Virus record (IMG/VR): IMGVR_UViG_3300005613_000006
Coordinates: 64,001-128,000 of that record
Reading direction: 5' to 3' (one strand)
Length of the DNA: 64,000 bases
DNA from: a virus
Below are positions 18,885 through 27,820 of the stretch, piece after piece (the stretch's first letter is position 1; each line of letters starts with the position of its first letter). The position numbers and the translations under genes were made by a program. The notes beneath the pieces were generated by a model, which made no database searches, had not been told where the DNA came from, and saw only the letters and a program-made list of their open reading frames with translations.

Positions 18885-19941
18885 GCTGTACCTTCGGTAT
18901 CTTGAGCTTGGGTATGTTTCCGTTCACCACTATGTCGGTGACGATTTCTTCTAGTGTTTCGCGTTTGAAGTATGTGTAGGGGATTTCAATGTAGGTGATG
19001 CCGTGTTCTTTGCAGTATGCGCGTTTGCGACGGTCGTGTTCTATTGTTTCGGCAAACTTGTGAGCCCAGCCCCATTCACATCTGTAGTGTTGCGAACCAT
19101 TGGCTGCTATCATTAGATTGTGGTCTGGAAGATAGAAGTCGGGACGCAACTTCCTTCCGCCAATACCTCGCAAGTCATCTGATATGCCTCGATTGTGTAT
19201 GTGGTTAGTTTTTAATTTTGTTAGCACTTGTAGAATCACATATTCTGCTGCACTACTTAGGCATCCACATGATTTGACTTTGCCGTTCGCAATTCTACTA
19301 AAGTATATTGGTCCTATTTCGTTGCCGCACTCACATTGCGCCCACACACTACAACTATTATTACCAGACTTGACTTTTGTAATAGTTAACAAAGAGTGTA
19401 TATCTCCAATCTCTGGGTCTTGACAGTGCCCACATGATTTTGTTCCGTTGGGTCTGGTTATGTTGTTCAACGAAGCCAGAAAAATTGTTCCACAACGCGG
19501 GCATTCAAATTCAGTTTTTGTGTTGGCCTTAATATATTGTCCAACCAAACGAATACCAGCCGCCAATGCCCTGGCTTCTGCTTCTTCTTGTGTTAGCTTG
19601 TCGGGGCCTTTTAGTAATAAGCACCCACAAGACTTTGTGTTGCGAGATGCTATAGACTCCAATGTGCAAGGAAAAATTGTTCCACAGTATGGACATTCAA
19701 ATTCAGTTTGTGTGTAGTTGTTAATATATTGTCCAACCAAACGAACACCAACGGTTAGTGCTTTAGCTTCTGCTTCTTTCTGTGTGTGGTTCAGTGAACG
19801 TCCAACAAGATTTAATTTATTCAATTTGTTCTTCACCGAACTGCGACTTCGCCCCAACTTATTCATACAATACTCAACGCCATGTTGTAAATAATTTGAG
19901 TACAAAAAGTCTACTTCTGCCTGTGTCCATTCTCTTGCCAT
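18874..19941 (-). CDS. Zn-ribbon-repeat PD-(D/E)XK (DUF559-like) endonuclease
   Basis: Two RLVGQYI...TEFECPxCGTIF repeats; PDFYLPDHNLMI...GSQHY; AT-rich. Confidence 0.75.
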   Translation of the reverse strand: MAREWTQAEVDFLYSNYLQHGVEYCMNKLGRSRSSVKNKLNKLNLVGRSLNHTQKEAEAKALTVGVRLVGQYINNYTQTEFECPYCGTIFPCTLESIASRNTKSCGCLLLKGPDKLTQEEAEARALAAGIRLVGQYIKANTKTEFECPRCGTIFLASLNNITRPNGTKSCGHCQDPEIGDIHSLLTITKVKSGNNSCSVWAQCECGNEIGPIYFSRIANGKVKSCGCLSSAAEYVILQVLTKLKTNHIHNRGISDDLRGIGGRKLRPDFYLPDHNLMIAANGSQHYRCEWGWAHKFAETIEHDRRKRAYCKEHGITYIEIPYTYFKRETLEEIVTDIVVNGNIPKLKIPKVQHGL

Positions 19942-21908
19942 TAGAAGTGCCCCGTCTTGAGTAACTGCAAAGCCCCTCGAACCTTATCCAACATGGCAAT
20001 TCCAAGTATATCAAACTTCACCATGCCGATTTGTTCAAGGTCATTCATTTCCATCCCCGCGATAATCTCTCCCGTGGTCTTGTCGAAAACCATCGGACAA
20101 ACTTCATTGAGCGGTTCTGGTGAGATAACAACACCCGCCGCATGTTTGCTTTGTGAGCGCTTCGTTCCTTCCATCCTAATTGCCTGGGCAAAGTGTGGGG
20201 CCAACGGCCCTTGCAGATTGCCTTCGCTATCCAGGTACGCCCACTGCTTGAGTTCCTCATCGTTGTTCTCCAAGGCCCATTGGATAATAGATGCATCGCC
20301 GTCGCCGCCAGCTTCTTCGTCAGCCTTTCTCATCGCCTGTAACTGGTCCGAAATTTCTGCCTCGTCTGGAATGAACATCGTAATCCGATTCATTTCATCG
20401 AAGCCACATGCGTTGTGGGCTCGCAGCACGTCTTTCAACGCACCGCGCCCCTGCATACGTGTAAATGTAAGCATCTGTGCTACGCGGTCGCGTCCATAGC
20501 GGTCCCGTATGTATTCGATTATGTCGCCCCTGTGCTTAATCTCAAAGTCCATATCAACATCAGGCAACGAGGTCCACTCCGGTGTGTTGCGCCCGGCGTT
20601 GTAGAACCGTTCAAACAATAGGTCGAACTCGATGGGGTTTGGATGGGTGACGCTCAACAGATATAGCACAATCGTACCGGCAGCAGACCCACGACCCGCG
20701 CCAACTAGCCAACCCTGACTCTTGGCGTATGCCACTATGTCTTCCACAATCAGGAAGTAGTCGCTCAATGTGCTTTCACCCAGCTTGGTTTCCGACAACA
20801 CCTTAAACTCTTTCTTAAAGCGGTCGCCGTAATCCTTCTTGGTAAACTCGCTGTTGGCAATATGTCTCTCAATCTCCGGTTGTCGTTTCCTCCATCCCTC
20901 TCTACATTTTTCTTTCAAGTAATCGTTGGAAGACTCTCCATTAGGAGTTGGAAAACATGGAATGGCAGGGTGTCGCGTAATGTCGTAGACTTCGCACATG
21001 TCGGCAATGTCAAGCGTGGTCTTTAGCTCTGCCTCAGTGTGGCCTACGTCTATCATATCCTGGTAAGTAGGAATGTGGTAGTTGTTGCTGCGGAAGAATG
21101 ACCCTAGAGAAATATCCTCGTTTTGGATGCGTTGTTTGGTTACCTCGCGGAAGGTAATGTCCAGCTTGTTGCAGAGTAACACTCGCTGGTCTTCGGCGTC
21201 TTCGCGACGTGCGTAGTGGGCGTCGGGGACAGCAGCACAGGGAATACCGGCGTGACTACTAATGTGGCGCAAGCAGTCGGCCAGGACAATGAGAGCGGGC
21301 ATGTTCTTGCGGTCAATCAGAGGAACCTCAAGATAGAAGTTGCCTTTGCCAAACATGGATTCAAAGCGCTGGGCCACAGCGATACCGGCGCTATCCCAGT
21401 TGGGATTCAGATGGTTCTTGGCCATGTTGACACCGTGGGCCGAGGCAACCATCTTCATATCTGGAAAGATAACGCTAGCCATATCGCTGCCCATGTGACC
21501 ACTGAGACCAATGACGTTGCCATCAAGGAATTGGTCCAGAGTTTCCATATCCAGTCGTGGCTTGTAATAGAAGTTCTCAGGTTTGTTGGCTTCGCTAGTG
21601 AGTTCGATAAGCCTGCGCCAACCCTCGATGTTTTTGGCCAACAGAACAAGATGGGTCAGATATTTATTGCTCCGAAGATGTGGTTCTTCGTGGCATACGT
21701 AGAACTCGCAACCGATGATAGGTTTGAGGTTGCGCTTCTTCATGGCACCCAAGAAGGCAATCGCGCCAGCCAAACTGCCGTGGTCAGTCATAGCAGAGCC
21801 GGGAAGATTTGCTTCCACGCAACGCTTAGCTATGTCTTTGGGCTTGCTGAGGCCATCGAGTAATGAGTAGTGCGAATGACAATGGAGAGGAAAATATGTG
21901 TTTTTCAT
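19941..21908 (-). CDS. dnaE: DNA polymerase III alpha, N-terminal part (PHP + palm)
   Basis: HCHSHYSLLDG, TDHG, GRGSAAG, PDVDMDF, KHAAGVVI, KFDILG. Confidence 0.93.
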   Translation of the reverse strand: MKNTYFPLHCHSHYSLLDGLSKPKDIAKRCVEANLPGSAMTDHGSLAGAIAFLGAMKKRNLKPIIGCEFYVCHEEPHLRSNKYLTHLVLLAKNIEGWRRLIELTSEANKPENFYYKPRLDMETLDQFLDGNVIGLSGHMGSDMASVIFPDMKMVASAHGVNMAKNHLNPNWDSAGIAVAQRFESMFGKGNFYLEVPLIDRKNMPALIVLADCLRHISSHAGIPCAAVPDAHYARREDAEDQRVLLCNKLDITFREVTKQRIQNEDISLGSFFRSNNYHIPTYQDMIDVGHTEAELKTTLDIADMCEVYDITRHPAIPCFPTPNGESSNDYLKEKCREGWRKRQPEIERHIANSEFTKKDYGDRFKKEFKVLSETKLGESTLSDYFLIVEDIVAYAKSQGWLVGAGRGSAAGTIVLYLLSVTHPNPIEFDLLFERFYNAGRNTPEWTSLPDVDMDFEIKHRGDIIEYIRDRYGRDRVAQMLTFTRMQGRGALKDVLRAHNACGFDEMNRITMFIPDEAEISDQLQAMRKADEEAGGDGDASIIQWALENNDEELKQWAYLDSEGNLQGPLAPHFAQAIRMEGTKRSQSKHAAGVVISPEPLNEVCPMVFDKTTGEIIAGMEMNDLEQIGMVKFDILGIAMLDKVRGALQLLKTGHF

Positions 21909-21909
21909 T

Positions 21910-22611
21910 CTATTTATCCTTGGAATTATATACTACGACAGCCCGGCATAATTCTAACAATCTATCTAGTGATAGGTCCATTTTCATTTTGTTTACATCT
22001 TTATGAACCCACCACACATTGTCTTTTGTGTAGCCCCCGCAACTGTCAATCCGGTCTAGTGAGGCACTATTGTATAACACTATTGACAAGCCTGAAATAG
22101 CACACGCACCTTCTTGTTTCAACCATAATTCCCATAAAAACTTAGCGTCTAAATCAAACGTAAATTTCTTTTTTCTTGCACGACATCGTATATCTGCCAC
22201 CAAAGAGCCGTTAATGTCACAATATCCAGTCCAGCGGTGATTCTTTTTTCGTTTACGATAACACCCACAGCTTTTAGCACGCCCACTTTTCAAACGAGAG
22301 GTTGGCACTGTTGAAGTATTATCACATTGACATCGACATAACCAATTGATGCTTCCGTTGGCTGTTTTACCTACGGGTTTTATTGTGGTAAGTAAACCAA
22401 ATTGCATTCCTGGTTCTATTTGCCCTCGTAAATCTTGCTTGGGAATACCATGATGTTCAAGGTAGTCATATACCAACCGTACACTACAACCAACTTCGTC
22501 GGCAATGATATATGGAGATTTTTTGAGTTGAGTATATTGCTTCGACAGAAATTCTTTTGTTAATATGTCTTGATATACTGGGCTGAAACGGCCATTTTCT
22601 AATCGTGACAT
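21910..22611 (-). CDS. free-standing HNH-like homing endonuclease (SLDRID type)
   Basis: GMQFGLLT...CRCQC; SLDRIDSCGGYTKDNVWWVHK. Confidence 0.8.
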   Translation of the reverse strand: MSRLENGRFSPVYQDILTKEFLSKQYTQLKKSPYIIADEVGCSVRLVYDYLEHHGIPKQDLRGQIEPGMQFGLLTTIKPVGKTANGSINWLCRCQCDNTSTVPTSRLKSGRAKSCGCYRKRKKNHRWTGYCDINGSLVADIRCRARKKKFTFDLDAKFLWELWLKQEGACAISGLSIVLYNSASLDRIDSCGGYTKDNVWWVHKDVNKMKMDLSLDRLLELCRAVVVYNSKDK

Positions 22612-22651
22612 GTTTGTTCTCCGTTAAATGTAAGGAAGTTATCCACTACAT

Positions 22652-22665
22652 TATTATACACCAAA
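22652..22665 (-). promoter_or_regulatory. motif TTTGGTGTATAATA
   Basis: Exact copy upstream of endonuclease. Confidence 0.75.
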
Positions 22666-22690
22666 CATGTTTAGATTGTAGAAATAGTGA

Positions 22691-23134
22691 CTATGGACAT
22701 GCAGGGGGAAATACGTGTTCATCTAGTTTCTCCAAAGTCTCATGCATCCACGACTCATCAAATGTGAAGGAAAGCTGACTTTTACCCCGTTGTGCTGCGG
22801 GTACTGTACTAGCATTCCTCATTATGTGGTTCAACAAGTCGCGTGTGAATTTCACCAAATTCTGATTGTACTCAACCTCGTTTGCGGGAGGTTTGTCAAC
22901 CATGTTCAAATCTTCGGCCACTTGCTGACAGCGAGCGGCGAGGTCCACCAGAGCATTCGTCCCCCCAATCTGGCGGCGCATCAAGTCGGTTGTCGAGACT
23001 TCTGGCCAAAAAGCCTCTAGCCCCTCTTCTAATATAGCCCGCGCGGCGTAAAAGTCAAGTACGACGGCGGGATTTTGCCATTCTAACCTTCGGATTTTTA
23101 GTTGGTCGCGTTGCTGTTCGGCAAATTGTCTCAT
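22691..23134 (-). CDS. hypothetical protein
   Basis: ORF tiling. Confidence 0.65.
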   Translation of the reverse strand: MRQFAEQQRDQLKIRRLEWQNPAVVLDFYAARAILEEGLEAFWPEVSTTDLMRRQIGGTNALVDLAARCQQVAEDLNMVDKPPANEVEYNQNLVKFTRDLLNHIMRNASTVPAAQRGKSQLSFTFDESWMHETLEKLDEHVFPPACP

Positions 23135-23460
23135 ACTATCAACTCCAATTTCTGCAAGAGACCTTCCACTTCTTTCCTATTCCCTTTTTGATGAGCCTGC
23201 ACCAACGCCATACACAGATAGCGCAGCTTCCACAAGTCGTTGACAATCATGTGCATTGCGTTGCCAGAGATAACGTGGTCAGGTCCCTTAATCTCTTGAT
23301 TGATAGCCACAAGAGTGTCCAAATCCATAATGCGACGATTGAACGTCAGCTTCGGAGTGGCTGGTCCTGGTTCTGGTTTTGGCTTGTCGCTTGGTGGCGG
23401 CGTTGGCGCTTTAGCACCCATTAGAATGCTCCCATTATTATCGTATCTGGTCTGGTACAA
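23131..23460 (-). CDS. hypothetical protein
   Basis: ORF tiling; Pro-rich linker. Confidence 0.6.
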   Translation of the reverse strand: MYQTRYDNNGSILMGAKAPTPPPSDKPKPEPGPATPKLTFNRRIMDLDTLVAINQEIKGPDHVISGNAMHMIVNDLWKLRYLCMALVQAHQKGNRKEVEGLLQKLELIV

Positions 23461-23936
23461 ACCACACCAAGAGACATGTTTCCATAGTTGTGTACTTCCA
23501 ACTGTTTGTTCTCTGGTATCAACGTAAGAAAGGAACTGACCTTAGTGCAATCGAGATAAACAGCCAAATGCTTCTTCCCAACCGGGAGTGAACCGGCTAA
23601 CTCATTAACGAAGAAGTTGTACAACTCTTGGTCTGGGTCGAGGTCCATCATATCGTGCACAGTCACATGGGAACTCATCGCCGTTACGTAGCGATAAAGT
23701 TCATCACTACCAAAAGCATCATCCCAAGCATCAGTTCCGATAGCAACGTCGGTGATTCTATGCGTCCCATTTCTTCTCGCTACAGTCTTGCACAACGCAG
23801 ATAGGCGTGGGGTAAATTGTCCACACTTTGCCTCGTCGTCATACACCATTATGTTGCGATGCGTTCCAGATGCCAGTATGGTGTGCCACTGGTCACAGAA
23901 AATCTTGCGAACAAAGGATTTGTTGAAGAGTTCCAA
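23421..23936 (-). CDS. putative diverged fragment/paralogue of a major capsid protein
   Basis: TTG start after GAGGT; SFVRKI...WHTILA...RNIMVYD...GQFTPRL; shares segments with 10060 and 10529 ORFs. Confidence 0.5.
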   Translation of the reverse strand: MELFNKSFVRKIFCDQWHTILASGTHRNIMVYDDEAKCGQFTPRLSALCKTVARRNGTHRITDVAIGTDAWDDAFGSDELYRYVTAMSSHVTVHDMMDLDPDQELYNFFVNELAGSLPVGKKHLAVYLDCTKVSSFLTLIPENKQLEVHNYGNMSLGVVCTRPDTIIMGAF

Positions 23937-23951
23937 ACCACGACCTCATTT

Positions 23952-24974
23952 CTAACTCCCTGGATTTTGGTAATGCCCAATCTCGAACCCTGGATGGGTG
24001 TCTTCTTCCATTACCTTATCTATTCCTTGCGTCAACAACTTCTGATGTAAGTAGGAACAGATGGTGTGAGGTTGCCCAGTTCTGTTATTCAACTTGGTTG
24101 GGCTATATGCTTTCTTTCCGTAATAACACACGCGGTTGCAGAACCACCTATCGGTACGTTTCAGTGCAGGCCGCATCATGTTAGCAATAATGTCGAATCG
24201 TTTGTGCAACATGTCCAACGTGTACTTGCGGTCTTCTTCACTAAAAGCCATTGTGAAGGGACCACCATCCCTGACAAAGTGGATGGTCATTAACGTCTGC
24301 ATGTCTGGATACATGGTCTCAGCGGCATAGTTGTACATGAGCAACTGTGGGTCTTTGGTTAACTTCCAGAAGTCTTTTCTTTCTCCTGTCGCCCAGTCTT
24401 TCCGTTGACCACTCTTCCAGTCAATGATTTCGTAACGATGGTCGTCAAGTTTGGTAACAAGGTCAATCGTGCCCTTGATACATAGCTGCCCGTCTAGTGT
24501 TTTTCCGTTTGGCAAAGCAAAGTTGTAGTATGCCCACGGTTCTTCAATCGGTATGTTGAAGTGTGGCTCGGCAGCTATTACGTGAAGGTTGCGAGGGTCG
24601 AACATTTCCTCTCGGACAACATTTCCAACCCACTCTGTACAATCTCTTTTGTCGCGAGGATACCATTTGTGGGGCGACTTACCCACGTAATGGTCGTATG
24701 CTTTATCTATGAGGTACTGTACGTAACTAGCTCCGTACATGTACTCATGGTCCACTTTCATAGTTCCAAAAGTGTCATCCTTGAACGACTTTGTGCCCTT
24801 CTGATGGCACAACTTGGCATTCGCTAAACACTCGAATACCTTGTGAACTATCGTTCCCATTTCAGCCCTTTTGCCAGTCACAGCCGGTAATCCCAACACA
24901 TAGGTCAGGAAATACTGCATCTGGCAAATGCTGAACCCATTGTAGCTTGAGCTACGAAAGTAAGGTATTATCAT
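23952..24974 (-). CDS. Cas4-like PD-(D/E)XK exonuclease
   Basis: GTIVH, KGTIDL, IIDWKSG, QLLMY; N-terminal C plus C-terminal CxxxC...C. Confidence 0.82.
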   Translation of the reverse strand: MIIPYFRSSSYNGFSICQMQYFLTYVLGLPAVTGKRAEMGTIVHKVFECLANAKLCHQKGTKSFKDDTFGTMKVDHEYMYGASYVQYLIDKAYDHYVGKSPHKWYPRDKRDCTEWVGNVVREEMFDPRNLHVIAAEPHFNIPIEEPWAYYNFALPNGKTLDGQLCIKGTIDLVTKLDDHRYEIIDWKSGQRKDWATGERKDFWKLTKDPQLLMYNYAAETMYPDMQTLMTIHFVRDGGPFTMAFSEEDRKYTLDMLHKRFDIIANMMRPALKRTDRWFCNRVCYYGKKAYSPTKLNNRTGQPHTICSYLHQKLLTQGIDKVMEEDTHPGFEIGHYQNPGS

Positions 24975-25846
24975 TTGGTTGCCACATTAAGGGACTCTTC
25001 TCCTACTGTTACGAAACCCCACTCTTCTAGCTTCTCCGCAACTGCGCGGTTCTGCTCTGGGATGCTCATTTCGCGATTGTCAATCACGGCATCGAAGTCT
25101 TCAAGTGGAAAATCGTCCAAAGCGGTCTCACTCTCATGTTCATCCTCGCCCGCCATCGGTGCCCGCAAGAATCGAATCATCTTGCCACCGGCAGCTTGAA
25201 TACCCACAACCTCGTTGGGGAATCGGCAGTCTGTCACCACGGCCAAGGCTGGCATGGTCTTGCGAATCTCGCGAATCAGCGAGTCAACCCAACAGTTTCC
25301 ATACAGGCGACGGCATACATTGGTGCCAAACATTTGCATGACTTGTCGGGCGGTCATAAAGCCCGGCTCATGGTAAGTGAGAACAAAGTTCTCGTCGGTG
25401 TACGTATTGGGCACTTCTTCGACAAGGTGGTTGATTTCATGGGTCACGTCGTTGAACAAATACTCGTTCGTCATAACCCCAGGAAAATCTTCCCATCTGA
25501 TTTTGGTTAGGCTGTCCTTGTCCTCATTGCGACCGTAACACTGTGGATAGGTCAACCCCAACACATTGATGAGGAATTGCTTCAACGCATCAGCATTGCT
25601 GTACAACCGCAGGGCAAAGCCGATAGACTCGTTAAGCCACGCCTTCGTCTTCTCACTCTCGGGGTTAATCATGGCTTCTTGGAGCCCATGTTCCTCATCA
25701 TAGGCCGGTACTTCCAACTCACCCTTGGTGTTAATCTTCATCCACTCGATGAGGTCGAGGGACTTCATTACGTTACCCAGAATGAAGTTCGCAGAAGTAT
25801 TCTTTCCCGACATTTTTTTGCCGGAAAATCCTAATATTTGAGTCAT
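24971..25846 (-). CDS. deoxynucleoside monophosphate kinase
   Basis: GFSGKKMSGKNT, RQVMQMFGT, TDCRFPNE, HESET. Confidence 0.88.
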   Translation of the reverse strand: MTQILGFSGKKMSGKNTSANFILGNVMKSLDLIEWMKINTKGELEVPAYDEEHGLQEAMINPESEKTKAWLNESIGFALRLYSNADALKQFLINVLGLTYPQCYGRNEDKDSLTKIRWEDFPGVMTNEYLFNDVTHEINHLVEEVPNTYTDENFVLTYHEPGFMTARQVMQMFGTNVCRRLYGNCWVDSLIREIRKTMPALAVVTDCRFPNEVVGIQAAGGKMIRFLRAPMAGEDEHESETALDDFPLEDFDAVIDNREMSIPEQNRAVAEKLEEWGFVTVGEESLNVATK

Positions 25847-26658
25847 TACATCATCTCCTCAAAAATTTTCTTTTTACGGTTTAGAGACCAACATTTACCA
25901 TCATACAATAGATGATATATTTCTAAGATTTTTTTACGACTACATACATACCACACATGCCAACTATTACTTTTGATTATATTTCCATATTGCTGCATAC
26001 TACAGTAGTTTCTAAGTTTGTCTAATGTTAAATATTGTTTTGCAACAATGTGCCACTTATAGTCTCGGCAAAAATACTTACCTCTGGTTCTTGTGTATGT
26101 GGCCACACATCCATCTCCATCAAACACACCTAATAAAAAATATTTCCTGAACCGTTTTGGTATTGTGGGTATCGTTGTTAAATATGTTTTTCTTGGTTTA
26201 ATACCCACATTAACTAATGCAGTTATCATGTGTTTGGAATCTATGGTAAACCAGCATGAATGATATTTACTACTCACTTGTTTTTTTATAATGGGTAAAT
26301 TGCCACCAAGTTCTAAATTGATAAAATCCAAAACACATTTATCTTTTTGAGATAAGCCAATGGTTAGTCTATATTTACCATCTTTCAGATAGATATTTCC
26401 ATCTGCAAAAATAAAGCCAACTATATATGCCTTGTTTGGTGTATCTATGGTATCAAAGTAGTGATGATTAAATGTATATTTATACTTGCGTTGATACTGG
26501 CCCTTGGGTTTATGAAGTAATGGAATATGGTGTAACTTAGCAAGATATTCTACTTGTTTAACCGTTAAATTTAGGTTGGTTGCTATGTCTTGTCGGAAAT
26601 CATGCTGGGCGCGGTCCACGATGTACTGGATTTGTTGTTCTGAAAATTTGTGATGCAT
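25846..26658 (-). CDS. free-standing LAGLIDADG endonuclease
   Basis: YIVGFIFADG and FLLGVFDGDG; start MHHK after AGGAG; very AT-rich. Confidence 0.88.
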   Translation of the reverse strand: MHHKFSEQQIQYIVDRAQHDFRQDIATNLNLTVKQVEYLAKLHHIPLLHKPKGQYQRKYKYTFNHHYFDTIDTPNKAYIVGFIFADGNIYLKDGKYRLTIGLSQKDKCVLDFINLELGGNLPIIKKQVSSKYHSCWFTIDSKHMITALVNVGIKPRKTYLTTIPTIPKRFRKYFLLGVFDGDGCVATYTRTRGKYFCRDYKWHIVAKQYLTLDKLRNYCSMQQYGNIIKSNSWHVWYVCSRKKILEIYHLLYDGKCWSLNRKKKIFEEMM

Positions 26659-26690
26659 AATATGTCTCCTGGAATAAGTTTGCCACATAG

Positions 26691-26704
26691 TATTATACAC
26701 CAAA
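26691..26704 (-). promoter_or_regulatory. motif TTTGGTGTATAATA
   Basis: Exact copy upstream of endonuclease. Confidence 0.75.
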
Positions 26705-26707
26705 ATC

Positions 26708-27820
26708 CTACTTTATACTCCTCACAAAATCGTGTAATGGCCCTACGTCCATTGCTCCTGTGTCTTTAGCTGGTAGCTCAGGAATGAATAGCTCGTATTG
26801 CCGATGTAGTTTTTCTTGCCAATCTTTCTTGGCTTTTTGGCCCGCTTCGTCGTTATCCGCGAGTATGATAATAGAAAGGTACGACCCGAGGCGGCGTAGC
26901 GCCACCAGTTGTTCCTCTGTTAATTCCGTTCCAAAAACCGCCAACGCATAATGGATTCCAGCCATTTCTAACTTCCACACGTCGCCCGGCCCCTCCACTA
27001 GAATGATGGTGCCTTCTTGGAAAATATGCTGCTTGGCAAACCAAGTATTGTAGAGATAGTGACTGCGATTGAAGCCATCGTTGTTCTTCCACTTTCCAGC
27101 GTTGATGATTCCTGCAATGTCAGTGGGACACGGTTCATCCGGCATGTGATACAAGTTGCACTTGGGGCACTTGTCAAACATGGTGCGGGCGGTGAAGCCG
27201 ATGATTTTGGTGTACAAATCATCATAGATGGGCACGACGATTCTTTTACTCTTGTAATGAAATCCCACATCGTACTTATCCAAAACCTCTTTCGAGTACC
27301 CTCTGTTCACATAGTATGGGGCTGGTATGTCCAGGCCCTCTCGTATTTTTACCCTGTCCCATTCGGTGTCAACCGGCGTCGGTGCCAGTCTCAGCTTATT
27401 CATCAAGGTCGTTTGTTTGCGTCGTTCGACTTCCGCATCTTCTGGGCGAGGAACATCCAACAGGCTATCATATCCCAGAAATGTCGCCACCCAGTCAATC
27501 GCTTCGGTCCACGGTATCTCTTGGCCACGCTGCCTCGACAACACGCCCCACACGAACCCGAATAGCGTTTTCTTCCACTTCTTCTCACAGTGGTGTGTCC
27601 TACATTTCCAGTGCCCACGCACTTCATCCCCATCTGGATACAAGTTCCAAGCCGTGGGGTTGTCTCCTCCATGTACAGGACACGGCCCACACACGAAACG
27701 ACGAGACTTGCTGTACTCTACACCTAACTCAAACAACAACTCTTCGATGTTGTCACAAGCTATGTTAGCGAGTTCATTCAGCCTCGGGTAATCCCTGTAC
27801 TTCTCCAGGGGGAGTTTCAT
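26708..27820 (-). CDS. dnaG: DNA primase (DnaG-like)
   Basis: CPVH...C zinc finger, GFTAR, LVEGPGD, DNDEAG TOPRIM. Confidence 0.88.
   Translation of the reverse strand: MKLPLEKYRDYPRLNELANIACDNIEELLFELGVEYSKSRRFVCGPCPVHGGDNPTAWNLYPDGDEVRGHWKCRTHHCEKKWKKTLFGFVWGVLSRQRGQEIPWTEAIDWVATFLGYDSLLDVPRPEDAEVERRKQTTLMNKLRLAPTPVDTEWDRVKIREGLDIPAPYYVNRGYSKEVLDKYDVGFHYKSKRIVVPIYDDLYTKIIGFTARTMFDKCPKCNLYHMPDEPCPTDIAGIINAGKWKNNDGFNRSHYLYNTWFAKQHIFQEGTIILVEGPGDVWKLEMAGIHYALAVFGTELTEEQLVALRRLGSYLSIIILADNDEAGQKAKKDWQEKLHRQYELFIPELPAKDTGAMDVGPLHDFVRSIK

Noticed and set aside
16493-21908. Split intein or intron joining the dnaE halves
   Set aside because: No intein N- or C-terminal motifs; the intervening DNA is fully occupied by two coupled genes.
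23952-24974. CRISPR-Cas system
   Set aside because: Solo Cas4-like nuclease; no repeat-spacer array or other cas genes seen.
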